Assembly (NCBI GenBank): GCA_023137185.1
Contig: JAGLPS010000018.1
Coordinates: 1-49,740, forward strand
Origin: Minisyncoccota bacterium
Lineage (GTDB): Bacteria > Patescibacteriota > Minisyncoccia > Phycocordibacterales > JAGLPS01
Reading direction: 5' to 3'
Length of the DNA stretch: 49,740 bases
Below, one piece after another: positions 33,817-43,525 of this stretch (position 1 is its first letter; each line of letters begins with the position of its first letter). Made by a program: the position numbers and the translations under genes. Under the pieces are notes generated by a model, which was not told the origin of the DNA, made no database searches, and saw only the letters and a program-made list of their open reading frames with translations.

Positions 33817-34389
33817 TCAAATTTGTTCGTCTCCTTGTCGAACAACAGTATACTGACCGTTTTCTCCAACTTTAACAATAGTTGACGAAAGAGACGACTT
33901 TTTTCCCCCGTCCATATAGAAATCAATAGAATTGCCAAAGTATTTTTTTGCTTCTTCTATCGTTGTAGCAGGATTTTTTCCTTCGGGGTTTGCACTCGGC
34001 GCTATAAGCGGTCCAGTTTCTTTCAAAAAAGAAATAAGTCTTTCATCTTTCGGCAGACGAAAAGCAATTGTTCTTGTCCCTCTATGGAGATATGAAAACG
34101 CATCTCGGACGCAGGATAAAATTACCGTTACTTTTCCCGGCCAGACCTTTAAAAGAAATGCTCGCACATTGTTTGATAAAAAAATTCCAAAAGAGTCGAG
34201 AGTTTTAAGACTTGAAATAAGAACAATACAGGATTTGTCTGTCCTGCGTCCTTTTACCGTATATACTCTTTCAACTGCTTTGGAATTGAGAGCTGACGCG
34301 ACAATTCCGTATAGAGTGTCAGTTGGAATTATTCCTACTCCTCCTTTCTTTATAATTTCTGACTCTTTTTTCATTCCGTTAGAAACCAT
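33817..34389 (-). CDS. tsaC: L-threonylcarbamoyladenylate synthase (YrdC/TsaC type)
   Basis: GGVGIIPTDTLYGIVA and SANPEGK motifs. Confidence 0.82.
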   Translation of the reverse strand: MVSNGMKKESEIIKKGGVGIIPTDTLYGIVASALNSKAVERVYTVKGRRTDKSCIVLISSLKTLDSFGIFLSNNVRAFLLKVWPGKVTVILSCVRDAFSYLHRGTRTIAFRLPKDERLISFLKETGPLIAPSANPEGKNPATTIEEAKKYFGNSIDFYMDGGKKSSLSSTIVKVGENGQYTVVRQGDEQI

Positions 34390-34391
34390 AA

Positions 34392-34431
34392 CAAAAATAT
34401 AACACCCCCTTCAGAAATATGAAGGGGGTGT
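34392..34431 (-). terminator. intrinsic terminator after the 34440 gene
   Basis: CACCCCCTTC/GAAGGGGGTG 10-bp stem followed by a T-rich tail. Confidence 0.7.
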
Positions 34432-34439
34432 GGAAAAAC

Positions 34440-35048
34440 CTATCCAAGAGGTATCATTGCGGCAAACAGGTAGTAATCACCAAACCATGTTTCTGATGAA
34501 TCCGACTCCGCGACTGAAAACATAGGACATTCGTATCGCTGTAAAGACATTACTCGATTATTTCCTTCTAATACAGGCAAGGTAGCAAGTATAACCTTGT
34601 TAGGTAAATTACTTGATCCTATCGTGAGATAGAGAGAAATAAGGTCATTACGTCCAGCAGGAACCCCTCCGAATGAACTGATATGGCTATGTACTTCCTG
34701 AATAGTCGCCAGTTTAAATTCCATTAACACCATTGCAACCGCCTGTTTCCACTGTGTATCGTCATAGTGCATAAAAAATTCCGATTCGGAATTTGAAAAG
34801 CGCATAATAGAATCTATTTCAGCAAAGTTGTAATATTCTTTTGAATATGGAAACAGGAAGAAAAGATTACGCGCCCTGACTTGCGGAATAGATTTTTGGG
34901 GTTTCAAAAAATACCGGAAAAGTTCCACGAATTTTTTCCATTCCGACATCTTATGAAAATGCTCAATTGCTCGCCGTCTATAATAACCTTTCATCAATAC
35001 GCGCTCCTGTTCTATTTCTGACTTTTCTATTAATCGCATTTTTGCCAC
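34440..35048 (-). CDS. hypothetical protein (202 aa)
   Basis: clean ORF with a terminator; no family recognised. Confidence 0.45.
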   Translation of the reverse strand: MAKMRLIEKSEIEQERVLMKGYYRRRAIEHFHKMSEWKKFVELFRYFLKPQKSIPQVRARNLFFLFPYSKEYYNFAEIDSIMRFSNSESEFFMHYDDTQWKQAVAMVLMEFKLATIQEVHSHISSFGGVPAGRNDLISLYLTIGSSNLPNKVILATLPVLEGNNRVMSLQRYECPMFSVAESDSSETWFGDYYLFAAMIPLG

Positions 35049-35146
35049 CTCCCTTTTTGGTTTTATATGAACAAATTTAATTTTCTGGTATAAATACTAC
35101 CACAAAAAAATAATGTTGCAAGCAAAAATACCGTAAAATGCTTCTA

Positions 35147-35488
35147 CTAAGCCATTTCTCTAAGATAGATTAGAACTCCGTCAGGGTCCGAGAGAGAGAC
35201 AAGACGAGTACTCCCCTCATCTTTGAATCGCGAAAAAGTAATTTCATTTTCATTGAGTTTCTTCAACACCGCATCAAAGTCTGATACCCCTATCCCTATC
35301 GTAAGACCCCGCCCTTTTTCATCTTCGGCAGAAAAAGGGCGCATTTCAATAGTGAGTCCTGATTTTTCAACTTTGGCAAAAACTCTGCCTACTTTTTCTT
35401 TAAGAAAACAGCCTATTACTTCAGTATAAAAATCAACTGATTTTTCAAAGTCAGACACAAATATTTTCACCGTTCCAGAAATAAGCAT
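35147..35488 (-). CDS. VOC/glyoxalase-like family protein
   Basis: 113-aa beta-alpha-beta-beta-beta-like pattern (VSDFEKSVDFYTEVIG...LSDPDGVLIYL). Confidence 0.6.
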   Translation of the reverse strand: MLISGTVKIFVSDFEKSVDFYTEVIGCFLKEKVGRVFAKVEKSGLTIEMRPFSAEDEKGRGLTIGIGVSDFDAVLKKLNENEITFSRFKDEGSTRLVSLSDPDGVLIYLREMA

Positions 35489-35528
35489 TTAGAATTATTT
35501 AGATTTTTTGGCAAAAAAACAAAAACAA

Positions 35529-36365
35529 CTACTGCTTAGCGGTATGAATAACGCGTTGTGGAAATGGAATTTCTATACCCTCTTTATCAAAAGCGATTTT
35601 CAGCCGTTTCCGTAATTCTCCAGTCACGTCCCATTGTTTAAGAGGTTTAGTTTCTCCAAGAATTTTGATTGCGATTCCAGAATCCTCAAACGCGTCTACT
35701 CGCAAAAATTGCGGGGCTTTTTTAATATGTTCCTCCCAATCCCCATCTTCCGCGAGTTCCTTGCCAACTTTGTTCACTACCTTTATCACATTTTCTAAGT
35801 CGGACGCGTACGATACTGAAATGTTTAAATTCACCCTAGCATACTCTTTTGACAGGTTGGAAACAGTCGTAATTTCCCCATGAGGGACATGATGAACGGT
35901 TCCATCAAGGTCACGCAAAATTGTTTTTCGCAAACTTACATCTTCCACCAATCCGCAGATTTTACTGAAACAGACAACATCTCCTATTCTGTACTGATTT
36001 TCTACAATAATAAACAGTCCTGAAATAAGGTCTCGTATAAAATATTGCCCACCAAAACCAATCGCAACACCCGCGATTCCTGCTGCAGCAAGGATAGGGC
36101 CAATTTCAACCCCCAATTCGGAAAGAATCATAAGCACTATGACTATCCATACGGTAATCCCTAGAGTGTTTTCAAAAATTTTGATAATAGTATCTTCGCG
36201 CTGTTTTTCTTCTTTATTGTCTAAAAATTTATCGGAAACAATCAATCGGCGAACTGTTTTTTCAATAAAAACCGAGCTGAATTTTCTAACTACTAAGGCA
36301 ACCGCAAAGATAAGAACTATTTGTAATCCATGCTCTTGAATCCATAAAATTATTTGATTTTGCAT
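35529..36365 (-). CDS. mechanosensitive ion channel (MscS family)
   Basis: three N-terminal TM helices then RIGDVV...DLDGTVHHVPHGE beta domain. Confidence 0.85.
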   Translation of the reverse strand: MQNQIILWIQEHGLQIVLIFAVALVVRKFSSVFIEKTVRRLIVSDKFLDNKEEKQREDTIIKIFENTLGITVWIVIVLMILSELGVEIGPILAAAGIAGVAIGFGGQYFIRDLISGLFIIVENQYRIGDVVCFSKICGLVEDVSLRKTILRDLDGTVHHVPHGEITTVSNLSKEYARVNLNISVSYASDLENVIKVVNKVGKELAEDGDWEEHIKKAPQFLRVDAFEDSGIAIKILGETKPLKQWDVTGELRKRLKIAFDKEGIEIPFPQRVIHTAKQ

Positions 36366-36412
36366 AATGTTACTATGTTAACCCTTAAGGATAGAAAAGC
36401 GCAACCTTTAAT

Positions 36413-37156
36413 TCACTTCAAAAAGTTTCTAATCTGTTTCCAAAATTTCGGCTCCATAATAATTGAAAAAGAAAGATGTCCGCCCTTTTTGAGAGGAATA
36501 AACTTACAATTAAGTTTTGCGGCAAATTTTTCTGTGGGTTTGAAAGAAACCACTTTATCATCTTTCGCGTGAACTATACATATTTTTTTGGAATCAAATG
36601 TGTCAATTTCTGAAATAGGATTATAAAACTTTCCTTTTGAAAGCCGCGCCCAGTCCTTATCTTTAAATACATACGCTCCCCCAAATCCACATTTGATAAA
36701 GACGCCAAGCCAATCCATCGGCTCAACCTTACTTTTTACTCTCCAGTCAATCACAGGGGAAAGAGCAACAATCTTTTCCACTCTTTTGTCTCTTGAACAA
36801 AATATCGCGGCCGGACATCCGAAGCTTGAGCCGAAAATGTATACTTTCGGATTTTTTATTTTGTACGTTTTTTTACTCCATAAATCTTTGAATCCTTTAG
36901 GCAGTACATCAATCACGTCAAGAATATCAAGATGCGGAGATTTTTTTAAAAATGTTCCACGGCTTTCCCACGTTCCCCGATATCTCGGTAAAAACACCCA
37001 ATATCCTTTTCGGGCAAAAAACTCCATCAATTCGTCACGCCGTCCGGGATATGACGGAAGACCTACACAAAGAATAAGAACCTTTCGAGAGGGTTTTGCT
37101 GGCGGAAGAAATTCTGCCACAATTTCTTTTTTTATAAGCGTTCTAAAAATAAACAT
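36413..37156 (-). CDS. alpha/beta hydrolase fold protein
   Basis: GSSFG nucleophile elbow and a late HAKDD/GGH motif. The ATG at 37156 is preferred because the longer ORF overlaps the upstream gene. Confidence 0.6.
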   Translation of the reverse strand: MFIFRTLIKKEIVAEFLPPAKPSRKVLILCVGLPSYPGRRDELMEFFARKGYWVFLPRYRGTWESRGTFLKKSPHLDILDVIDVLPKGFKDLWSKKTYKIKNPKVYIFGSSFGCPAAIFCSRDKRVEKIVALSPVIDWRVKSKVEPMDWLGVFIKCGFGGAYVFKDKDWARLSKGKFYNPISEIDTFDSKKICIVHAKDDKVVSFKPTEKFAAKLNCKFIPLKKGGHLSFSIIMEPKFWKQIRNFLK

Positions 37157-37163
37157 ATCTATT

Positions 37164-37577
37164 TTAACGATTATCCCGCGCTTCAAGAATAGGAAGCCCT
37201 GCTTCAGTCGGTACATAAATCACCTGCATATCATTGGTTCTCAAACCCTCAATCCAACGATAACGCAAATACTCTTCTTTCCCCTTAAGCCCATCAGCAA
37301 TAATGGCGTTTGCTTCGGCAACACCTTTTGCCCGTTCAACTTCAGCCTGAGCATCAAGTGTAGCGGCTTCTCTTTTTGCCTCAGCTTCTTTAATAAGAAT
37401 TTGACGACTCCATTCCGCTTCCTTCAACTGAGCTTTACCAGATAACTCTTTCTGCCAGACTCCATACAGAGGCATAACAAACATAAATAAAGCTATGAGA
37501 AAAAGAGTAAGCCCAAGCAGTGGAAAAATTTCTTTAAGACTCTGCCCTTCTCCGTTTTTTTTGTGAAATAAAATCAT
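37164..37577 (-). CDS. short membrane protein resembling the C-terminal coiled-coil part of SPFH/band-7 proteins
   Basis: N-terminal TM then KEAEAKREAATLDAQAEVERAKGVAEANAII...YLRYRWIEGL. Confidence 0.45.
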   Translation of the reverse strand: MILFHKKNGEGQSLKEIFPLLGLTLFLIALFMFVMPLYGVWQKELSGKAQLKEAEWSRQILIKEAEAKREAATLDAQAEVERAKGVAEANAIIADGLKGKEEYLRYRWIEGLRTNDMQVIYVPTEAGLPILEARDNR

Positions 37578-37627
37578 AATAATTTATAAATTAAATAATA
37601 ATTATCTTTCATATATAAGAAAGTGTA

Positions 37628-38914
37628 CTACTCATAACGTAATGCTTCAATCGGATCTAATCTAGCGGCTTTACGCGCTGGATAAAGCCCAAATAAAACG
37701 CCAAAAATAACGGAAAAACCAAGAGAAACAAAAAACGCTCTCATTGGAACATCAAAATTCCAGTCAAGTCCATAAGAATTTGCTCCGTATGAAATCAAAA
37801 AAGAAACGGCAACGCCGAAAATAATGCCCACTAAACCGCCGATAATAGTAATTAAAATAGATTCAATTAAAAACTGCATCATAATATCTCTGTATTTCGC
37901 GCCGACCGCTTTTCGCAAGCCGATTTCCCGAGTCCTTTCGCTTACAACAACATACATTATATTCATAATTCCAACTCCTCCCACAATCAAAGAAATCGCC
38001 ACAATCGCCAATAATAATAAAGTTATCGCGCCAGTCACCGTTCCCATAATTTCCATTGATTCTGTCATTGAAACAACGCGAAAATCGTCTTTAGGCATAC
38101 CCATCCAGTCAGTTTGGCCTTCTGGATGCGGCAAATTGTGGTTTTCGCGCAATATATAACGAATCTGCTCCTGCGTATCCTCTATCTTTTCCACATCAGC
38201 GACTTTATGCATCGTAAAAGTAACATGGTCTATACCCATAATTTTTTTATGCAAAGTCCTTACTGGCGCGTAAATAAAATCGTCAAAATCAATAACCATC
38301 ACCGCGCCTCGTTCTTCAAGCACGCCAATTACTCGAAATTTTTCTTTACGAATTTTAATGTAGCGACCGAGCGGGTCTGATTCGCCAAAAAGTTTCTCTT
38401 TCATTTTGTAGCCCAAAACCGCCACTCGCGCCAATGATTTGTCTTCCGCTTCAGTAAAAAATCTGCCACTTTCAACTTCGCTCTGATCAAGTTCAATAAA
38501 ACTGGCAGTGGTGCCAAATAAATAGGCTTTTCTCAATTCATTACCATAACTCACCTGCTCCTGCGCCATAATGCCGGCATAACTGTCTACCACATTAGGC
38601 AGTTTATTAATATCGTCTACATCATCCAAAGTTAAAGTCGTTACCTGCACGCCCATAGCCAAGTTTGTTCCTGACTGCATTTCGCTGGCGCCTCCTTTTT
38701 TTGAACTCGGCACTTTGATTTCCGTTTCAATCATATCCGAGCCGCCAAAGGATTCAATTTGGCCCAAAATCAAGCTATTAATTCCTTCACCGGCGGAAAA
38801 AACAATAATCACACTGGCGATACCAATCACCACGCCTAAAACAGTCAGTCCTGTCCTGACTTTGTTATTCCACATCGCGGTTAAAGAAATTTTGATTATC
38901 GCAAGTATTGACAT
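37628..38914 (-). CDS. ABC transporter permease, MacB/FtsX type (copy 2 in the operon)
   Basis: MacB periplasmic domain plus FtsX TM bundle; C-terminal LYPARKAARLDPIEALRYE. Confidence 0.85.
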   Translation of the reverse strand: MSILAIIKISLTAMWNNKVRTGLTVLGVVIGIASVIIVFSAGEGINSLILGQIESFGGSDMIETEIKVPSSKKGGASEMQSGTNLAMGVQVTTLTLDDVDDINKLPNVVDSYAGIMAQEQVSYGNELRKAYLFGTTASFIELDQSEVESGRFFTEAEDKSLARVAVLGYKMKEKLFGESDPLGRYIKIRKEKFRVIGVLEERGAVMVIDFDDFIYAPVRTLHKKIMGIDHVTFTMHKVADVEKIEDTQEQIRYILRENHNLPHPEGQTDWMGMPKDDFRVVSMTESMEIMGTVTGAITLLLLAIVAISLIVGGVGIMNIMYVVVSERTREIGLRKAVGAKYRDIMMQFLIESILITIIGGLVGIIFGVAVSFLISYGANSYGLDWNFDVPMRAFFVSLGFSVIFGVLFGLYPARKAARLDPIEALRYE

Positions 38915-39032
38915 TAGTTAATAGTTACCTGTTATTTGTTAAGCGTTAGTAGTTATTTGTTACTTGTCATCCGTTACTTGTTAATAGTTAATAATTATTT
39001 GTTATTAGTTACCTGTTACCTGTTACCTGTTA
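38915..39032. repeat. 17 phased heptad units NNNGTTA (UAAC every 7 nt in mRNA sense) filling the inter-permease spacer
   Basis: GTTA at 38917 plus 7n for n=0..16 without a phase slip (two variants, GTCA and ATTA); the last three units are identical CCTGTTA. Confidence 0.9.
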
Positions 39033-39034
39033 CT

Positions 39035-40288
39035 TCATTCGTATCTCAGGGCCTCAATCGGGTCTAATTTTGCGGCTTTGCGGGCTGGGTATAGACCAAA
39101 AACCAGACCAACCAACATTGACACGACAACAGCCAAAATAATTGACAAAGGTGGAACAATAAATGCCCATTCATAACCCAAAAAATGAGCCCCCAGAGCA
39201 ATCAAGTAAGAAATAAAAATTCCAATAATAACGCCTATCAAACCGCCCAATAATGTTACACTAATTGCTTCCATCAAAAATTGGTTTGAAATATCGGCAT
39301 TATTGGCTCCAACCGCCTTGCGCAAACCAATCTCCCGCGTTCGTTCCGTAACATTGACCAACATAATATTCATAATGCCAATACCGCCAACAATCAAAGA
39401 CATAGCCGCCATTGCCGCGAGAAAATAACGCAGAGCGTCAGTAATAACAGTTATCATATCCAATGCTTGAGCCGCGTTGCGCACGGTAAAATCATCGCCG
39501 CGTCCGCTTGAATCAATTATTCCATGCCTTTCGCGCAAAAGCGCCTCAATATCGCTAACAGCTATTGCTATATTTTCTTCATCATCGACTTTCGCCCTTA
39601 TCAAACCAAGATGATGAACCCCCGCTACCAATTTCTGCATTGTTTTAATCGGCAAAAAAATCTGATCATCATAATCCTGAAAAGCGACTGTGCCTCTCTC
39701 TTTCATAACTCCAATAACTTCAAAACTCTGCTTTTTGATTTTAATTTTTTGTCCTACCGCTTCTGATTCGCCAAAAAGCTCTTCCTTTACCGTACTTCCT
39801 AAAACAGCCACGCGAGACAAATCCTTTTCTTCTTCTTTATTAAAAAACCTGCCATTCAACACTTCGCCACTTTCAACTTCCATATAACCTGTCGTACATC
39901 CGCTCAAATTAGTGTCATAACTATTCGCCCCCCAAACAGCCGTGCCGGTGCCTTTGGTATAGGCGACAACCGCTGTAACATTCGGAACATTTTTAGATTC
40001 AGCCATAGCCACGGCGTCATCATAAGTTAAAGTAGTGATTATAATTCCCATTATTGAAGCAGGCGGTCCGTCCTCTTCAGCCTTGCCGGGCAAAACGCCA
40101 ATTAAATCAGTGCCCAATGTTTTTACCTGCGCCAAAATCAAGCTTTGAGCGCCTGCTCCGACTGCCATAATAATAATCACTGCGCTAACACCAATAATAA
40201 TTCCCGTCATAGTCAAAAAACTTCTAACCTTGTTGGCCAGAAGTGCTCTGATAGAAACTTTAAAACATTGCCTATACTGGTTAAACAT
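39035..40288 (-). CDS. ABC transporter permease, MacB/FtsX type (copy 1 in the operon)
   Basis: same architecture; C-terminal LYPARKAAKLDPIEALRYE. Confidence 0.85.
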   Translation of the reverse strand: MFNQYRQCFKVSIRALLANKVRSFLTMTGIIIGVSAVIIIMAVGAGAQSLILAQVKTLGTDLIGVLPGKAEEDGPPASIMGIIITTLTYDDAVAMAESKNVPNVTAVVAYTKGTGTAVWGANSYDTNLSGCTTGYMEVESGEVLNGRFFNKEEEKDLSRVAVLGSTVKEELFGESEAVGQKIKIKKQSFEVIGVMKERGTVAFQDYDDQIFLPIKTMQKLVAGVHHLGLIRAKVDDEENIAIAVSDIEALLRERHGIIDSSGRGDDFTVRNAAQALDMITVITDALRYFLAAMAAMSLIVGGIGIMNIMLVNVTERTREIGLRKAVGANNADISNQFLMEAISVTLLGGLIGVIIGIFISYLIALGAHFLGYEWAFIVPPLSIILAVVVSMLVGLVFGLYPARKAAKLDPIEALRYE

Positions 40289-40296
40289 AAAATATG

Positions 40297-41037
40297 TTAT
40301 TTCAACACTTCCCCGTCTCTTGCCAGTCTTCTTTTCGCCACTGAATAATCGTCTTCTATTTTTCCATCTCTAATTTTAATAATTCTTTTGGCATGCTCTG
40401 AAGTATAAGTTTCGTGCGTAACTAAAATAATCGTATTCCCCTGCTCGTTAAGATCTTGTAAAATCTCCATTATTTGTACGCCTGATTTTGAATCCAAATT
40501 TCCTGTCGGTTCGTCGGCAAAAATCACTGATGGATTATTCACCAATGCCCGCGCGATAGCGACTCTTTGTTTCTCTCCGCCTGATATTTGATTGGTATAA
40601 TAATTCAAACGATGTCCCAATCCGACACTTTCTAAAACTTTTTTTGCTATTTCGTCAACATTTTTTTTACTATGCGAATAAGTTAACGGCAATTTAACAT
40701 TGTCCAAAACCGTTGTCCGCGGCAATAAATTAAACGACTGAAAAACAAAACCGACTTTTTCATTTCGCAAAAAAGCCAGCTCATCGTCTTTTAACTTCGT
40801 TATTTCCCTACCCTCAAAATGGTAATCGCCGCTAGTCGCCCTATCCAAAAATCCCAAAATGTGCATTAAAGTCGATTTGCCCGAACCAGACGGTCCCATT
40901 ATCGCCACAAACTCACCTTGCTTAATTTCAAAAGAAATTTCCTGCAAAACTTTAGTTACTATTTCACCATTACGGTACTCTTTTTTTAAATTTTCGGCTT
41001 TAATCACTTTTTTCAATAAACGTAATGACTTCGTCAC
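40297..41037 (-). CDS. ABC transporter ATP-binding protein (MacB-type ATPase)
   Basis: Walker A GPSGSGKST, signature ISGGEKQRVAIARAL, Walker B IFADEPT. An alternative GTG at 41007 gives an 8-nt overlap with the upstream stop. Confidence 0.92.
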   Translation of the reverse strand: MTKSLRLLKKVIKAENLKKEYRNGEIVTKVLQEISFEIKQGEFVAIMGPSGSGKSTLMHILGFLDRATSGDYHFEGREITKLKDDELAFLRNEKVGFVFQSFNLLPRTTVLDNVKLPLTYSHSKKNVDEIAKKVLESVGLGHRLNYYTNQISGGEKQRVAIARALVNNPSVIFADEPTGNLDSKSGVQIMEILQDLNEQGNTIILVTHETYTSEHAKRIIKIRDGKIEDDYSVAKRRLARDGEVLK

Positions 41038-42556
41038 CCTCTTTAAGACCGGAAATAACTTCTATTTCTCCATCGCTGCCGCGCAAACCAATTTGAACTT
41101 CTTGCTCTTTAACTTCCCCATTAACCAAAACTCTAATTATTTTATTGCCGTTTTTTTGTATCACAGCCCTTTGCGGAACCGACAAAACATTTTCTTTTGA
41201 CGCCGTCAAAATATCAACATTAGCGGTCATTCCTGAAGCGATTTTTGGGTCAAGTTTGTTAAAAGTAATAGCCGTTTCATAATAGACAACTCCTGAAATT
41301 ATCTTTTCCGCAGGATTGATTCTAATTACTTTTCCCGTCCATTTTTGGTCTTCCGTAAAAGCATCCAAAGTAATTTCCGCTGTATTATCAAGCTGGACTT
41401 TAGCTATATCAGCCTCGGAAATATCCGCTTCAATTTCAAATTTGTCAGCAGAAATCACAGACACCACTATGCTATTTGGAGAAGCGATTTCGCCAATTTC
41501 AATTTCTTTCTGCGTTACTACCCCACTGATAGGCGAGCGTAGAACCGTTTTAGAGAGTTGTGCTAAAATGTTCGCGGAATTGGCTTCCGCTTGTTCTACC
41601 GCTGCTTCCTGGGCTTTTATTTCTTCTGGCCGCGCAGGACTTTCCGCGAGAATTAATTGCGATTCTTCAAGAGTTACTGTTGCCCACGCGCTTCTAATTG
41701 ATTTTTCATCAGTTGTTACGGCTGCAGTTTGGGTGTCTATATTTGAACGAGCGGTAGATACCGTTAATTTGTAAGCATCTATGGTTGTCTGACTTAAACC
41801 CGCATTTGCCACAAGAGTATTAACAGCCGAAGCTAGATTATCAAGAAACATCTTTACTTGGTTTAAATTATCCTTAGCTTTTGAAAGCAATGTGCTAAAA
41901 TCGGCTGTCTCATCAAATAAGATAATCGCATTTTCATTCAGTACTGTCTGCATCCCTATACGTTGATTTTCCAGTGTTGTTTCTAGACTGGACGTAACAG
42001 TGAGGTTAAAATCTAGAGAAGAAGATTCCGGGTTGCTGAAAAATCCATCAGCATTATTACGAATAGCATTATCAATCGTAGTGATAGTTTCATTAAAAGT
42101 ATCGAACGCTGTCTTCTTCGCGTCTCGCAAAGTATCTTTCGCGTTTTGCAATTCCACTTTCGCAACTGCGATGCTTTCAGGGGAACCTCCCGCTTTGAGT
42201 TGTTCTAGTTTTGCTTCCGCCGCTTTTGTACTCGCGTTAGCTTGATTAAGTTGAGCAACCAAATCCGTATTATTTAAAGTGACTAATACCTCGCCAGCTC
42301 GCACAAGCGATCCCACTTTTATGTATATATGATTAACCCGCCCGCTTTTTTCAAAGGCAAGATTGGCGGACGAAGCGGCCTTCACGCTCCCTGTCACGCT
42401 TACAATTTGCTCTATATCAGTACGCTCTGCAAAAACAGTAACAATATTTGGTTCTTCCGGACGATTTAAAACCGCGATTCCCCATCCAACAAGAAGCAGA
42501 ATAATAAGAGAAACATACACTGCTGGCTTCTTGAGCCAAGTTAGAACTATATTCAT
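41000..42556 (-). CDS. HlyD/MacA-like periplasmic adaptor (membrane fusion protein)
   Basis: N-terminal TM, long coiled-coil hairpin, beta-barrel C-terminus. The ATG at 42556 (MNIVLTWLKK) is preferred to the ORF start at 42637. Confidence 0.78.
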   Translation of the reverse strand: MNIVLTWLKKPAVYVSLIILLLVGWGIAVLNRPEEPNIVTVFAERTDIEQIVSVTGSVKAASSANLAFEKSGRVNHIYIKVGSLVRAGEVLVTLNNTDLVAQLNQANASTKAAEAKLEQLKAGGSPESIAVAKVELQNAKDTLRDAKKTAFDTFNETITTIDNAIRNNADGFFSNPESSSLDFNLTVTSSLETTLENQRIGMQTVLNENAIILFDETADFSTLLSKAKDNLNQVKMFLDNLASAVNTLVANAGLSQTTIDAYKLTVSTARSNIDTQTAAVTTDEKSIRSAWATVTLEESQLILAESPARPEEIKAQEAAVEQAEANSANILAQLSKTVLRSPISGVVTQKEIEIGEIASPNSIVVSVISADKFEIEADISEADIAKVQLDNTAEITLDAFTEDQKWTGKVIRINPAEKIISGVVYYETAITFNKLDPKIASGMTANVDILTASKENVLSVPQRAVIQKNGNKIIRVLVNGEVKEQEVQIGLRGSDGEIEVISGLKEGDEVITFIEKSD

Positions 42557-42658
42557 ATTGTCTTTATTATAGCACTGCTTTTGCCTTACGGCGAAATTAA
42601 TACGCGTCTTCCAAGCGTTGGTAACACTTTCTTTCAATTCTCTGGAACGACATTTTAC

Positions 42659-42750
42659 TTGGAAGCTCTACTTGGAAGCCGAGCTTCCAAGTAGAGCTTC
42701 CAAATGTGGTGTAATAATTTTACGGCTTTTGAACACTGAGTGTCCAAAAA
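42659..42750 (-). repeat. composite intergenic repeat (45-nt TTGGAAG palindrome, TGTGGTGTAAT box, TTTTGAACAC/GTGTCCAAAA hairpin)
   Basis: 21-bp stem TTGGAAGCTCTACTTGGAAGC/GCTTCCAAGTAGAGCTTCCAA at 42659-42703; box at 42705-42715; hairpin at 42727-42750. Confidence 0.8.
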
Positions 42751-42764
42751 TCCAAAAAAGAAAA

Positions 42765-43160
42765 TTACTCGGTGGTTTTTCCGTCAAATTCTTCTTCATC
42801 TCCTTCCGCCTGCGCCCTAGTTTTATGTAAAACCCCATCGCGATGATTCGGCGGAGAATACAAAGTATAAAGTTTCATCGCCTCCGTTTGAGAGGTATTA
42901 ACAATGTTATGCAAAATGCCGGCAGGCACAACAACCGCAAACCCGTCTTTTATGGAATGCTCCACGCCATCAAGAATCGCTTTTCCTTCTCCTGCTTCGC
43001 ATCGGAAAAACTGGTCAAGATGATGAACTTCCTCTCCAATATCTTCGCCCGGCTTCAGGCTCATAAGCACAAGTTGACTGTTTTTTGCCGTATATAAAAC
43101 TTTCCGAAAATTTTCATTTTCAAGCGAAGCGTTTTCTATATTTATCACATAACCCTTCAT
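42765..43160 (-). CDS. cupin domain protein
   Basis: GEEVHHLDQFF...VVVPAGILHNIVN cupin motifs. Confidence 0.7.
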   Translation of the reverse strand: MKGYVINIENASLENENFRKVLYTAKNSQLVLMSLKPGEDIGEEVHHLDQFFRCEAGEGKAILDGVEHSIKDGFAVVVPAGILHNIVNTSQTEAMKLYTLYSPPNHRDGVLHKTRAQAEGDEEEFDGKTTE

Positions 43161-43182
43161 AGATATTTAATGAAACCGTAAA

Positions 43183-43410
43183 CTAAAGTACAGTTTGAAT
43201 TTTTCTTTCCCTCGCTTCTCGCTGTTCCTCTTTTACCATACGAACAATAAAGTAGATTGAAGTAACCGCAAACAATGTCCACCATAACCATATAAGACCG
43301 ACAAGACAGTCATAGAAGTAGAGTCCAAACAAAATACCCAGTGAAATTAGGCAGAGCTTAATAATACCTACCTCCCACCAACAAAATGTCCAGGTTCTAA
43401 AAATTTTCAT
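43183..43410 (-). CDS. small hypothetical 2-TM membrane protein
   Basis: 75-aa ORF with two hydrophobic helices. Confidence 0.35.
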   Translation of the reverse strand: MKIFRTWTFCWWEVGIIKLCLISLGILFGLYFYDCLVGLIWLWWTLFAVTSIYFIVRMVKEEQREARERKIQTVL

Positions 43411-43525
43411 AGTTTTTATTAGTTATTATAATAATTTTATTATAACACCAAACTATTCTTGTTTACTGGCTATCTGCCTGCCCGACCATTAGGCACAAAG
43501 TTGGAGCCAGTTTTAAGTTCGTATA

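Noticed and set aside
36693-37445. 250-aa plus-strand ORF
   Set aside because: It is antisense to the alpha/beta hydrolase and SPFH-like genes and has low-complexity composition. The minus-strand genes have recognisable motifs.
38915-39032. Heptad array as a short coding region or leader peptide
   Set aside because: TAA stops occur in all three frames every 21 nt on the gene strand.
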